Source: Lama glama (lineage: Eukaryota). From it: a stretch of DNA of 64,000 bases. Made by a program: the position numbers and the translations under genes. The DNA lies in assembly GCA_028534125.1 (NCBI GenBank), contig CM052816.1:96412001-96476000 (forward strand), given 5' to 3'. The notes below the pieces were generated by a model. That model saw only the letters and a list, made by a program, of their open reading frames with translations. It did no database searches and was not told where the DNA came from. Positions 11,991 through 25,285 of this stretch are shown here, in pieces; the first letter of the stretch is position 1, and each line of letters begins with the position of its first letter.

Positions 11991-14019
11991 CAAATATCTC
12001 TGATGCCTGTGACACAGTTAAGCTGTTATTAGGAATGCCGATTGAGAGGGAACTTGAGGGTGATGCAATTTAACGTCTTCTGTTCACAAGTTGAAAACCC
12101 ATGAATGTAGAGGGTAAGACCCTTGTGGGTCAGCCCTCAGATGGCCTCAGGGCTCCTCATGAAGTCATCCACTTTTGGGGTTCTGCAATGTAAAGTTGGG
12201 GTGGGGCCCAGGCATGGGAATACTTTATTCCAGTAGGGATTGTAACTCTGTAACTTCCCAAACTGGTTCTTTGTGGTGTCTGCCCATGAGTCAAAAGTAA
12301 AATACAGGAGTTAATCTTAACTGTCCCAGATTTACCACAGGTGAGAGGGGAGTGATCGTCATGGTAACAGAGCCCCAAGCCCTGTCACTCCAGGGGTCAC
12401 ATGCATTAGTGCTCTTGGCTCATGTGCATTCCTGTCCAGAACAGAATGCGCGTTACCTCCCTCAGTTGACAAACCAATAAGAAAGCATTGCTTTTCAAAA
12501 AGAATTTTTCTAGAACGTTAATTAGCCTCTTATAAGCAAAAGGCTTAAACTACTCAAACAGAAAAGCTTGCTCTCACAGAAGGTCCCCAAGTATGCTGAT
12601 GGCTCCCAATGACTACCTTTAAAACAGACCTTCATAAGTAAAATCCAGACACTGAGGATCTTTTCAAACTGATGTGTTACTGCTGTGACCTTTTCTAGGC
12701 TAAAATCCAAATGAAAAAATGGGGGAAAAAAAAAAGCAGGGCAGAGCTGCTGCCCAGGCATGACAAGTGAGGCAGGCTGACTTCAGTTACTGTCTGGTCA
12801 TGTCATGATCTCTAACAAGTGAGTGGGTGCCCAGGTCCTGACAAGCTAGAAGCAGGCATACAAGCATGTGTTTTCACATGGATCAACCAGTACCTCAGGT
12901 GCCATGAAATCGCTGTCTCTAAAAATGCCAGGAAGGGATGAGCACCTGGACACCAGCGTTACTGGGATGGAAACATGCGGTAACAGATGAAAGCGAGGTC
13001 TAGGCTGTTGTCTGAACTGGGACCAGTGGCCCTTAGGCAACAGGGAAGCCATAGGTGAGCTGGGGTTAGCAGTCCACATCTGTGCAGAAAGAATCTCCAC
13101 ACACAGGTATGTCGTTCTTGTGCCTGACAGTGGCTGTCACCCCAAAGATGAGGGTCCAAGACTCCTGAAGGGATTGGGCAGGAATGTCTCTGGCTGCCCT
13201 GGGCTCTTTCACTGCAGTTGAAGCATCAAAACTCTTTCTAGAGTATTCTTGGCACCTGGGATGCTACAGGTCTTTTTTGAGTCAGACTTCGACATGCACT
13301 TCTGGGCAGGCGGACGGATTATGGGGCACATCCACCATGTGAGTTTGAATTCTATTTCTGGAAAGGCAGATAGAGGCTGATCCATCACATGGCATTTGAA
13401 GAGAACTAAATACCACATTAGGAACACAGGTGTGCCCTGACCCAGCTGTAGAGCCCTGAATGGGGTCAGGCTACGGTGTGTAGAGTAAGAGAAGTCAAGG
13501 CGGGTGCGGCCTCGCCCCATTACCACGGGGAGCAGAGGAGCAGCTTCCTGTGCAGCATCCATCCCAGTGCGGGAAGTGGGGCAGGACAAGTGCAGGAGGA
13601 GATGGGCGGGGGCTGGGAAGTATGCAGAAGGGAGGATGGGAATGGCGGGTGGGGAGACAGTGGGAAGTGTGGGAAGGGGCCAGGGAGGGAACTGCAGGAG
13701 AGAGAATGAGCAGAGAGACACCAGGTGGGAGGAGCCGGGGTAGAGGCAGGTTGGGAGGGGCTGCGTAGAGCCTGTTAAGGGCAAGTCCAGAGTCTCAGAC
13801 CAAGTGTTGTAAGATAGACCGCTTTTATTTAGAGCTGGAACGAGTTGACCTTCGAATAAATGGGAAGAGGACAGTGAGATCATGTGTCTGTTGAATGGCG
13901 TTGTCTTTCTAGAAGGGCTTTAGGGCCAATTACAGCCTGAGCTAAATTTACTTACTTGGCCCCACTACTGCCCTACACATACCCTGAATTCTAGCTGAGT
14001 TAAAAAAATGGTAATTTTT

Positions 14020-14842
14020 ATTAGGATGACAAAAATTCCAAACAAGAATAATACCAAATGCTGGAGAGGTTGTGGAGCAAGAGGAACTTTCAGTCATTAA
14101 AATGGTCCAGTCACCTTGGAAGGCAGTTTGATGGTTTCTTATAAAACTGAACATACATTTGTCTTATGATCCAGCAGTGTATTCCCTGGTGTTTACCCAA
14201 ATGAGCTGAAATCTTATGTCCATACAAAAACACACACATAGCAGCTCAATTCATATTTGCCCCAAACTTGAAGCAGTCAAGATGTTCTTCAGTACGTGAC
14301 TGGATAAATAAATTGTGCATCAGACAGTGCAACGTCATTCAGCACTTAAAAGAAACGAGTTATCAAGCCATGAAGAGACATGGAGGAACTGTAAATGCCT
14401 ATTACTCAGTGAAAGAAGCCAATCTGAGAAGGCTAAATACTGTTTGATTCCAACTATATGATATTCTGGAAAACGCAAAATCATAAAGACAGTAAAAAGT
14501 CAATAGTTTTCAGGTGCTGAATGGGCAGGGGTAATGAATAGGCAAAACATAGAGGATTTTTAGGGCAGTGAAGCTCTTCTGATGCTATAATGATGGATAC
14601 ATGTCATTATACATTTGTTAAAACCCACAGAATGTACAACATCATGAGTGAATCCTAATGTGAACTATGGTGATAATGATGTGTCAATGTAGGTTCATCA
14701 TTACATCAAATGTACCACCTGGGGGAGGATGTTCACAATGGGGAGGCTTCATGTATGAGGGCAGGAGGTATAGGAAATTTTTGCACTTTTGCTTGATGCT
14801 GTGGAGTTAAACCTGCTGTAAAATAATTAAATCTATTTAAAA
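14020..14842 (+). mobile_element. L1MC1-like ORF2 end and 3'UTR
   Basis: 'ataccaaatgctggagaggttgtggagcaa', 'gaaagaagccaatctgagaaggctaaatactg' and 'aaacccacagaatgtacaac..gtgaatcctaatgtgaactatgg'; A-rich end. Confidence 0.9.
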
Positions 14843-15149
14843 ACCGGTGATTTTTCAGATATGCCATGAGCTCTTTTCCTGTGCAACTTTATTTTGTCTA
14901 GTCTATCCACTTATTATCCACATTATCCATGTGAGGCTATTAAATATATCTTCATCCTTTAAAGAAGTTCCACATCCTCTTCTCCATGAACGGAACTCCT
15001 GCAGCAGGCTATCTGTGTCAGCCTAGTGGCATGTGCACTGATGACCTTGCATTTGTCTCAGTCATTTGTATCTATTTCCTATTAGATCACATCTTACTGT
15101 AATTCAGGAAAACGTTCTACGTTTTATTGTTAACTGTGATAGGAATGGG

Positions 15150-15325
15150 ATACTGGTTCTTAAATGCTGCCATCTAGAAATGACAAACATCATTTCTGCT
15201 CACATCTCATTGGTCTAATCAAGACACCTGTCCACATCTAACTTCAAGGTGGGGGTAATTTAATCCTTCCAAGGTCTGGAGGAGAGAAAAGAAGTACAGG
15301 TGAAAAAGCAGAAAAGTCTACTGCA
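15150..15325 (-). mobile_element. MaLR LTR fragment (MLT1K/L-like)
   Basis: 'catcatttctgctcacatctcattggtctaatcaagacacctgtccacatctaacttcaagg'. Confidence 0.6.
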
Positions 15326-15339
15326 GTCATCTAGAAATA

Positions 15340-18290
15340 GAATAATAAACTGGAAGTAACATATGGAGGAAACTGTAAAATGTTATTTTTTAAAAAGAAT
15401 GTAGAGTAATACAATGGGGAGATATGAGAATAATCAAAATGAAATATTGATTTTATCTGAAATAATATATAAATTTAATAAATTCCAATCAAAATCTGGA
15501 TAAGATTTTAAAAATCAAATTTGATAGGCTCATCTTAAAGTTCCTGTGGAAGAGAACGTTTTTAAGAACAATAAAGAAGAATATTGAAGTACTACAAAGC
15601 TACAATAATCAAAACAGTGTGATACTGGCAGAAAAACAAACATATGGATCAATGGAATATAAGAGAAAACGCAGCACTAAACCCACACACCTACAGTCAA
15701 TTAATCTTCAACAAAGGAAGCAAGAGTATACAATGGAGAAAAGACAATCTCTTCAGTAAAGGGAACTGGGCATCTACACGTAAAAGGAAATTAGAACATT
15801 CTCTAACAGCATATACAAAAATAGACTAAAAATGGATTAAAGACCTAACTGTAAAACCAGATGTTACATAACTGCTAGAGGAAAACTTAGGTAGAACATT
15901 CTTTAACATAAATTGCAGCAATATTTTTTTGGATCTGTCTCCTACAGCAATGAAAATAAAAGCAAAAATAAATAAGTGGGATGTAATAAAACTTAAAAGC
16001 CTTTGCACAACAAAGGAAACCATAAACGAAATGAAAAGACAACATATGGAATGGGAGAAAATATTTGCAAATGATGTGACTGACAAGGGATTAATCTCCA
16101 AAATATATAAATAGCGTATACAGTTCCAAATCAAAAAAACAAAGTACCTAAACAAAATTTGGTAGAAGACATGCATAGACATTTCTGCAAAGAAGACACA
16201 GATGGCCAACAGACACATGAAAAGATGCTCTACATTGCTAATTCTTGGAGAAATGCAAATCAAAATTACAATGAGGTATCCCCTCACACCGATCAGAATG
16301 GCCATCATCAAAAAGTTTACAAATAATAAATGCTGGAGAGGGTGTGGGGAAAAGGGAACCATCCAATACTGTTGGTGAGCATGCAAATTGGTGCAGCCAC
16401 TGTGGAGAACAGTATGGAGTCTCCTTAAAAAACTAAAATTAGAGTTGCCATGTGATCCAGTAATCCCACTCCTGGGCATATATCCAGAAAAGATGAAAAC
16501 TCTAAAACTAATTCAAAAAGACACATGCACCCCAATGTTGATAGCAGCCCTATTTATAGTAGCCAAGACATGGAAGCAGCCTAAATGTTTGTCAACAGAT
16601 GAATGGATAAAGAAGATGTGGTATATAAACAATGGAATGTTATTCAGCCTTAAAAAAGAATGAAACTATACCACTTGCAGCAGCATGAATAGACCTAGAG
16701 ATTATCACACTAAGTGAAGTAAGTCAGACAAAGACAAATATCATATGATATCACTTATATGTAGAATCTAAAAAGATGATATAAATGAACTTATTTACAA
16801 AACAGAAACAGACTCACAGACATAGAAAACAAACTTATGATTACCAAAGGGGAAAGGGGACAACAAGGATAAATTAGGACTTTGGGATTAACAGATACAC
16901 AGTTATATATATATAATATAGATAAACAACAATGACATAGCACAGGGAACACATTCAGTATCACATAATAACCTATAATAAAAATAATATTAAAAAATAT
17001 ATATGTATAACTAAATCATTATGCTGTACACCAGAAAATAACACATTGTAAATCAACTATACTTTAATAATTTCTTTTAAAAAGTAAGAAAAGAAGAAAA
17101 TTGAAGGAAAAAGAGGAGTAGCAGTGATTGACCAATCAAGATATCATGATTTATCATAAAATTATAATTTCACCATCTTTGAGATAAATCAGCCTAAAAA
17201 AAATGGAGAGACAAGAGACAGAAACATGAATACACAAGACCTAGGAATAGCAGAAATGTTGGGAAAATGAAAAAAAAGGATGGTTTCAAGAAAAATGACT
17301 AACCAAGAGGAGAAACATCCTAAATACATTTTAGATAGATTAAGCATGTAAATGGGAAAGCAACATTAAAATGTTTAAAGAAATATATATTAAATATCCT
17401 TATGAACTTGTAATACAGGATAATTTTTATACAGGAAACAAAAGGCTGCATAAAGGAAAACACTGACTGTATTAAAATGTAAAACTTTTATATGACTTCT
17501 ATGTGACATTAAACCCTGTAAAATCAAAACAAAGATTAGAAGAAAATATTTGTATAGCTTATTACAAAGGATTTGTATTCAGTATATATACAGGAATCTT
17601 ACAAAATGATAAAAGAGGACAGTTTCTTATTAGAGAAAAATGTCAAAGGATCTAAACAAAAAATCAAGGCAGAACACAAAAGCCTTAATTAAACACGAAA
17701 TGATTCTCAATTGCACTAATAGTTATAGAAAGCAGATTCAACAATAGATAATGGCCTGTTACAAGTAAATTCTAGCTGGGATGTGGGTCAATAAGAATTA
17801 AGAATTATAATTTACTATTAGTGGTTAGCTAAATAAGTATAACACTTTAGAGAATTATTTAGCATCATTCAAAAAAAAGAAAAAAAGGAAGAAAGGAGAA
17901 GATGCATTTGTTCCGCAATCCCACAATTCCACTTATATATAGAGACTGAAGATAAAATGAATCACACATTTACAAGGATATATGCACAAGCATATTAAAT
18001 GTAGTCTTATTTTAAATAATTTTAATCTAACATACCAGTGATAAAGAGAACAGAAAAACAAAAGAAAAAAGTCTAAAACATCAAGTATTTGTGAGATGTG
18101 GGAAAATGTAAACAACGAATGAATATTATATAGCTATAAAGAAGTACTATGATTTTGCTAATATCAATAATGGTGTTGCATTCATACCTGTTAAAGATTC
18201 TTAGTGGATAATTTGCAGGTAAAATGATATAATGTCTGGGGTTTGCACTGAACTCCAATGGGAAGTCAGAGGGTACAACTTACATACAAC
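15340..18290 (+). mobile_element. Ancient L1 (L1ME/MC-like) ORF2-3' fragment acting as host, split by a younger L1
   Basis: Degenerate ORF2 motifs on both sides of the insert: 'aattccaatcaaaatc', 'ttgataggctcatcttaaagttcctgtggaa', 'agatatcatgatttatcataaa' and 'attagaagaaaatatttgta'. Confidence 0.7.
15590..17089 (+). mobile_element. Cetartiodactyl-type L1, 5'-truncated (1.5 kb: ORF2 3' part, 3'UTR, A-rich tail) with 17-bp TSD
   Basis: ORF2p fragments in ORFs 15644-15829, 15929-16114 and 16388-16663 ([35 protein letters not shown]). TSD aaagaagaatattgaag (15573-15589) / aaagaagaaaattgaag (17090-17106). Confidence 0.95.
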
Positions 18291-18334
18291 TGATCATTTA
18301 ATGATTTCTAACTCTACTAGCAACAGCCAACAAT

Positions 18335-18525
18335 TCTATGTGCATGCATACATATGTATACGTGAATATGTGTGTGAACGTGTGTAGATTTCACTGTTTA
18401 GGTTAAAAATATACGTATGTGTGTATACTTACATATACGTATACACATGCATGTTATATACTTATTTGTGGGGATATCTTCACCAACACTCATAAAACAT
18501 GCATGTTATCTACCTATCTATCCAT
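18335..18525. repeat. Degenerate (TA/CA/TG)n low-complexity tract
   Basis: Alternating purine-pyrimidine sequence such as 'tgcatgcatacatatgtatacgtgaatatgtgtgtg' and 'tatacgtatacacatgcatg'. Confidence 0.7.
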
Positions 18526-19064
18526 CTTACCTTTCACCTGAATGATTTACCGAAGAAAAGATAAAATTTAATAATAGTAAGATTGCATGAAATTACTCGT
18601 ATAGATGTATTGCTGGTGGGAAAGAAAATTCGTGCAATTTTTCTAAGATATTATTTGACAGTAATCAAGAGTATAAAGATCATTATTATCTTTAATTTAG
18701 TAGTCTTACTCTATTCATTTATGATAGGCAATTAATTAGAGGATGTCAAATATTTATGCAGAGTATTTTTACTATACCACTATTAATAGATTAAAGATAA
18801 AAATAATTACTTGTCGTCAGAAAAAGGTTGACATAAATTATGCTATAACAACCACTAAAACGCCTCCTTGGTGGCATGAGAGAAGATTTACATAAATGGA
18901 AACGCACATTATGCTCTTGAAGGGGAGGATTCAGCAATCTAAATATGTCTGTTACTTTGAATTATTCTATGTGACTAATACAATTTCAAAAAAATCTAAT
19001 GGAATATAATTAGTAATGACAAGCTATTCTAAAATTGCAATAAATAAGTACATATATTATCTAT

Positions 19065-19420
19065 GGTGTCAGGAGACTAAATCAACTTTGCTACAGTAAC
19101 AAGTGACACCCACATCTCATTGATTAAAACAACAAATATTGACTTCACTCGGCTCATTACAAATCTTCGCTTTGCATGATTGTGATTTTCATGTCAAAGT
19201 CAGCCTGATGAGACCTCAACTTTTCTGAAACACTGGTGGACATCAAGGCAGAGGGAAAAGAGACCATCAGATGAAGGGCACACTGGCTCTTACAGCAATG
19301 CCTGGAAGTGTCACATGTTACTCTCACTCACATTTCATTGACCAAAGCAAGTTGCATTGCTATGTGTGAGTTCAGGGTATCAGGGAAACACAGCTCTACT
19401 GAGGAAGGACAGTGATAATT
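19065..19420 (-). mobile_element. MaLR LTR (MLT1K/L-like)
   Basis: 'gctacagtaacaagtgacacccacatctcattgattaaaacaacaaa' and 'cactcacatttcattgaccaaagcaagttgcat'. Confidence 0.75.
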
Positions 19421-19544
19421 GCTACATAATTTTAATCTTCAAAAAGATAAATAGGAGAGCTAAGACTCTTAGACATAAAAAATTAACTTATTTAAAGCAA
19501 AAATAGTATTGCAGAAATATAATGCATACATGTCACCTAGCAAT

Positions 19545-19940
19545 ATCTGTATTTATATAGGTATGAATATACATATTAAATATAGATATTTATACGTGAG
19601 CTATGTATAAAATATTAAGCATATATAGGATATTATATTTATATATTTTATATAAAATAATTATACATTTTATATAATTAAAATATAAATTAAATGTTTA
19701 TATTTTAGATGTTACATATAATTATTTATATATTTATAAATGTCATTATAAATATTTTTATTATATTTATAATATATGTATCTACTTATAATATTTATAC
19801 TATAAATAACATAATAATATATCACGCATTGTTTAATTATTATATTATATATCATTTTGCATGTTAAGCATTTATTATAATGTTTATATATAAAATATAT
19901 AAAGTAGTAAATATCTACAATATTTAAATATAAATATTGA
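19545..19940. repeat. Extremely AT-rich degenerate (TA)n low-complexity tract, ~400 bp
   Basis: Almost exclusively A/T, with many tata/atat runs. Confidence 0.9.
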
Positions 19941-20560
19941 ATTTAGCCAATCTGAAGAACAGAGAGAACTAGTTTGAAAAAGAATCTTCAGGGAACTGTA
20001 GATAATATTAAATGATCTAGCATACATGTAATTGTTCCTCAGAAGGAGAAAAGTTTAAAATTGGAACAGAAAAATATGTAAAAAGGTAATAGCCAAAACT
20101 TTTCAAAGTTTGATGAAAAAACTTACTTGTATATGCAAGGGTCTCAGTGAGATGCAAGCAAAATAAGTATTAAAAGACTCATACTAGGCATAAAATAGTC
20201 AAAATGCTATAAACCAAATTGGAAAAAAAAAAAAGAAAAAAGGACCTTGAAGACAGCCAGAAAGAAAAAGAGACACATTATGTACAGGTTATGCAAGGAG
20301 AAGAATGCTGATTTCACAGAAGATAACAGAAATATTACATGTTTAAAGTACTAGACGTTAACAATAAAATTTTATCAGCCAAAAAATCCTCCAAAAATGA
20401 GGAAGAAATCAAGATACAGAAATCACGTTAACAGAAGCTGAGACAATTTGCACCGCAGGAAGTTCTGAGGACTGTCCTTCAGGCTGAAGGGTATGGGAAC
20501 AGTGGGAAACTTGGCTCTAAGCGTAGGAAAGGTGAACACCGTCAATGATAAATGAATGAT
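19940..20560 (+). mobile_element. Ancient L1 ORF1 fragment
   Basis: 'ccaatctgaagaacagagagaa', 'catacatgtaattgttcctcagaaggagaa', 'taatagccaaaacttttcaaagtttgatgaaaa' and 'ttgaagacagccagaaagaaaaagagacacattatgtacagg'. Confidence 0.8.
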
Positions 20561-20704
20561 TAACTGTAGGAGACAGCGTGGTTTTTCTTCCTTATTTAAT
20601 TTAAAAAAAAATTGACTTTTGAAAGAACAACACTGTAAAGTAGATTTTAAGACATGTTACAGGTAAAAGGTGACAAAAATAGCAATAGTTCATAATCCTG
20701 TAAA

Positions 20705-20830
20705 GTGGGAACTTCATTATCCCTCCTTTACAGAAGGAAAGAAATGAACACCCCAGGGTAAATGGTTTACCTAAAATCACAAAGCGAGTAAGTAAGGTGG
20801 AGACCAGAATCTGACATACCACCTTGCACT
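20705..20830 (-). mobile_element. MIR SINE core fragment
   Basis: 'cattatccctcctttacagaaggaaa...ggtaaatggtttacctaaaatcacaaagcgagtaagtaaggtggag'. Confidence 0.7.
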
Positions 20831-21424
20831 ATTTGTTACTGTTATTAACACTTTATAGCAATATAGTAACAATTTATAGCAATGGTGTAATTAATTCCTC
20901 ACATGATGTTCATATAGTGAACAGAGAACTATCAAAATATTAAATGTAACTAAAGGTATTTAATATATTTCAGTTGGTTAGATTTTTACAGCATTGTCAA
21001 TGGAAAGGAGTGAGGGTTTTCTTCTGTTTCACTAATCATTTTCAATCCTTCAAAACTCCTCAAAACTCACTAAGATTTCACTATAATATCTGGTCCAGCT
21101 TGAATTTCATCCTCAGAAACCACTGAAGCAAAGAAAATTCTATAAGCCAAGGAAGCCTTTGGTGTGAAATATTTGTCTACTTTTGTAAATCAGAGGCAGT
21201 GACTTCTCACAATAATAACTCATTTGAACCAAAGGAACAGTAAAAGGAACATTTTATATCTTATAAGTATATAATCAGCAGCTTTATGGCAGTTGGTGGT
21301 CAATTTATATTACCAGAAATATGGAAAATGACTCTCCAGTTCAATAATATCTACATCCAGAAAAGAGCTTAAAAGTATTACATACATCTAAGTCTTTAGA
21401 CAATTTTTAAAAATATGCTTTTGA

Positions 21425-22020
21425 AAATGGAAACTTTTTAGATTTAAGAAATGCACACAGACCTTCTTTGTGTCTCACACCATTTCTCCTCTTACAAACA
21501 TCTTGCATTAGTACGTATATTTGTTACAATTAATGAACTGATGTTGACACATTATTATACCTCTATACTTTATTTGGATTTTCTAAATTTTTACATAGTG
21601 CCGTTTTTTGTTGTTGTTGTTGTTCTGGGATACATGGAGGCTATCACGTTACTCAGACTTTCCTTGTGTTGAGGAGTTCTGGTCCCTCATATTGTAGGAT
21701 TCTCGTGCATTGTGTTGTGTCTGATGTTTTTCTCATAATCACCCTGGGATTTTTTGTATTGGGAGGAAGACCACAGAGATAAAGTGCCATTTTCATTACA
21801 TCACATCAAAGGCACATACTATCAAATGACTAGTCACTACTGACGTTAACTTTGATCAGTTGGCTGAGGTAGTATTTGTTGGTTTTCTTCACTATGAAGA
21901 AACTCTTTTTTTCTCCTTTCAATATTGTTCATTTTAGAAGGTAGTTGCTGTATGCAGCCCACACGTAAGGCATGGAAAGATATATTCACTTCCTTGAGGG
22001 GGAAGGATAAGTCTTTTAAA
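21425..22020 (-). mobile_element. Old L1 3'UTR (L1MC/MD-like)
   Basis: 'tcttgcattagtacgtatatttgttacaattaatgaactgatgttgacacattatta' and 'gggaggaagaccacagagataaagtgccattttcattacatca'. Confidence 0.8.
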
Positions 22021-22149
22021 GGTTTGGATCTTACTGATTTCTGGAGAATGAAGAATGTGCCAGGCAAATTCAAACAAGTAAATGACACATAGAATAGGTG
22101 ATTTATATGTAAAATAATTACATATGTATATCTATGAAATATAAAAGGA

Positions 22150-23160
22150 TGCATATTACTTCATCCAAATTAAGAACGTCTAGGTTTTGAAAGGCAATAT
22201 TAAAAGAATACAAACAGACAGCACAGAAGATTGGAAAAAATATTTACATATTTTAAACAGTGCTTGTATCCAGAATATATAAAGAACACTGAACATTCAA
22301 TAATAAGGAAACAAACAATCTAATAATAAAATGGGCAAAATATATAGAAAGACACTTCACCAAGGAAGATATATGGATGGCAAATATGCACGTGAAAAAT
22401 TCTCAACCTCATAAGTAATTAGGGAAATGCAAATTAAAACCATAATGAGATAGATTACACACCAGTTAGAATGGCTAAAGTTTAGTTAGCCCACAAAATG
22501 TCCTGTTGGTGATGCAGAGTAACCAAAGCCCTCATACACTCCTGAGGAGCACACAGAATGGTACAAACATTTAGAAAACAGTTTGGATATGTCTTCAATG
22601 TTAAACATTTACTTATCATATGACCTAAAGCTGTTTCATTTCTAAATATTAGGCAACATAAATGAAACCTTAGGTCCATTCAGAGACTCTTACACCAGTG
22701 CTCATAGTAGGTTTACTTTCAACAACTCAAAACTGGAAACAATCGATATATCTATGAACAGGTGAATGGGTAAATGAACTTTAATATATCCATACCATAC
22801 CATAAAATTTTTGGAATATTACTCAGCAATCAAAAAGGATGAATTATTGCATAGATACACACACCACCAGTAAATCACAAAACATACTGGATGAAAGAAG
22901 TGCATTATCTCTCTGTGTATATTTATCTATCAATTATATATAATTCTAGAAAATCCAGAAAGTAGATCAGTGTTTGCCTGGGGTTGGGGACCTTGAAGGG
23001 AAGAAGGAATTGCAGAAGGGCACAGGGACTCTTATGGAGTTGATGAATATATTCACTATCTGGTTTGTGGTGATAGTTTTATACTTATGCACATATTTTA
23101 CAGATTCTATACACAGTTAATTATATGTCAATTGCACCTCAATAAAACTTTTTAAAAGCT
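22150..23160 (+). mobile_element. Old L1 ORF2 3' end plus 3'UTR (L1MB/MC/ME-like)
   Basis: 'cttgtatccagaatatataaagaac', 'aaatgggcaaaa', 'attagggaaatgcaaattaaaaccataatgagat'; ends 'tgtcaattgcacctcaataaaac'. Confidence 0.88.
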
Positions 23161-24456
23161 CCAGCATATGTACATCAAAATGCTAAAGTAAGTTATCTTT
23201 CTTTAATTTTTTCCTATAATTTAACTTTTGTGCAGTAAAACATCTCTGTGATGGATTCCTAAGGAAATCTAGAGTTGATCACTTGAGTTGCTTACAAATA
23301 TTTTTCTTTGCCTTTTTTTCCCTTTGTTTCTCATGTTTAACTTTTAATTAGGCTTAATTTATGATGGATACCTAATTGCTCAAGCAGTGTCCTGCTGAGT
23401 AGAACATGGTGTTTAACGCTGGTGGAGCCTGCAGATACACTTCACTTTGTCATGACTCCTGATAATTGAATATTCTTAGAGGCAATTTATTAGGTGATGC
23501 GTTATTATCTAGAGTCTTCGGTAATAACAGTCTATTTAGTGTAGGGACTAAAACTCGAAATTCCCACGCTATTTAGAAAGGAAATCCAAATTCATAAGTG
23601 AAATCTCATAAAAGAAACTGCTCAATTTAAAATGTTTTATACATTTTGTAATTAAGATTTCTACTCCCATGCTTTAACAGTAATCTTGAATACTGGGAAA
23701 ACTATTAAATAAAAATGATTTGGATTGAAACTATGACAGTGACTGATTCCCAAACTTTCTTAAATATATTGATTATTGTGAATTATTTGTATAGCATGAA
23801 CTATGCACATTTTATCTGTATTTCCTACCTCACAGATTCAGGTTAGAATTGAATGTGATCAGATATATTATACCTTTGACAATGTTCTTACATGAATAAC
23901 CTTAATGAAAGAGAAAACTTTAAAAAAACTACATACTTTCAATTCTTTGACTTTTTAAGGAACATTAATTTTTAAAAATAAGTATTTAGTTTTACGATAG
24001 TTTTAGATTTCAAAAAAAGTTGCAAAAGTAGTTTGGGGAGATCCCATATACTTTCCATTCTTCCTTCCATTGTTTTCTTTTTCTTTATTAGAGTATGGTT
24101 GACTTACAGTATTTGTTAGTTTCAAGTACAACATAGTGATTCAATATTTTTATAGTTTATACTTCATTTAAAGTTATTATAAAATATTGGCTATGTTCCC
24201 TGTGCTGTACCATATAGCCTTGTATCTCATTTATTTTATACTCAGTAGTTTGTACGTTTTAATCTTCTGTTCCTAATTTGCCCTCCCCACATCCTTCTCC
24301 TGACTGTTAACCACTAGTTTGTCCCTTATATCTGTGAGTTTGTTTCTGTTTTGTTTAATTTATTCATTTATTTTATTTTGGGGTTCTACATATAAGTGAT
24401 AATATACAGTATTTGCCTCTGTCTGGCTTATTTCTCTAAACATAATACTCTCCAAG

Positions 24457-25285
24457 GGCATATATTCAGAGGAAACTCTAATTCAAAAAGATACATACAC
24501 CCCAATGTTCACAGCAGTGCTCTATACAACAGCCAAGACATAGAAACAACCTAAATGTCCATTGATAGATAACTGGGTAAAGAAGCTGTGGTATGTTTAT
24601 ACAATAGAATTACTCAGCCATAAAAAAGAATAAAATAATGCTATTTGCAGCAACATGGATGATCATCATTCTAAGTGAAATAAGCCAGAAAGAGAAAGAA
24701 AAATACCATATGATGTCACTTACATGTGGAACCTAAAAAACAAGAAAAAAAGATGACACTAATTAACTCATCTACAGAAACAGACTTGTAGACATAGTAC
24801 ACAATCTTATGGTTATGAGGGGCAAGGTGGGTGGGAAGGGATAAATTTGGGAGTTTGAGATTTGCAAATGTCAGCCACTGTATATAAAATAGATTAAAAT
24901 AACAAATTTCTTCTGCATAGCACAGGGAACTATATTTAATATCTTGTAATAACCTTTAATGAAAAAGGATATGAAATGAATATATGTATGTATATGCATG
25001 ACTGGGACATTGTGCTGTACACCAAAAACTGACACATTGTAACTGACTGTACTTCAGTAAAAAACAAAACAAAAAACCCAAATACATGAAAAAAAATTAA
25101 GTAAAACAAAACAAAACAAAAATCATGTAATGATTAAGTCTCAAAATTAGGATTTTCCCCAAAATAAGAGAGTATTTTCCCTCAATATTTGCTGTAAATT
25201 TAATTTTTTATAGATGAGATACTATATAGTCAAAATATTTAACTAAGGAGTTCAAAATAAAATTATACAAATTATTTATTTAAAA
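24457..25285 (+). mobile_element. Young 5'-truncated L1 (to ~25122) plus ~160 bp extra 3' sequence, inside a 13-bp TSD
   Basis: ORF2-end and 3'UTR motifs ('ccccaatgttcacagcag', 'actgggacattgtgctgtacacc'). A-rich tail at 25059-25122. TSD aatactctccaag (24444-24456) / aatactcttcagg (25286-25298). Confidence 0.9.

Noticed and set aside
13209..13883. Longest ORF (224 aa, minus strand)
   Set aside because: Its Pro/Leu/Ser-rich translation derives from the complement of a G-rich purine tract. No domain is recognisable.
15826..16479. 217-aa minus-strand ORF with hydrophobic stretches
   Set aside because: It is the antisense reading of L1 ORF2, a well-known source of spurious membrane-like ORFs.
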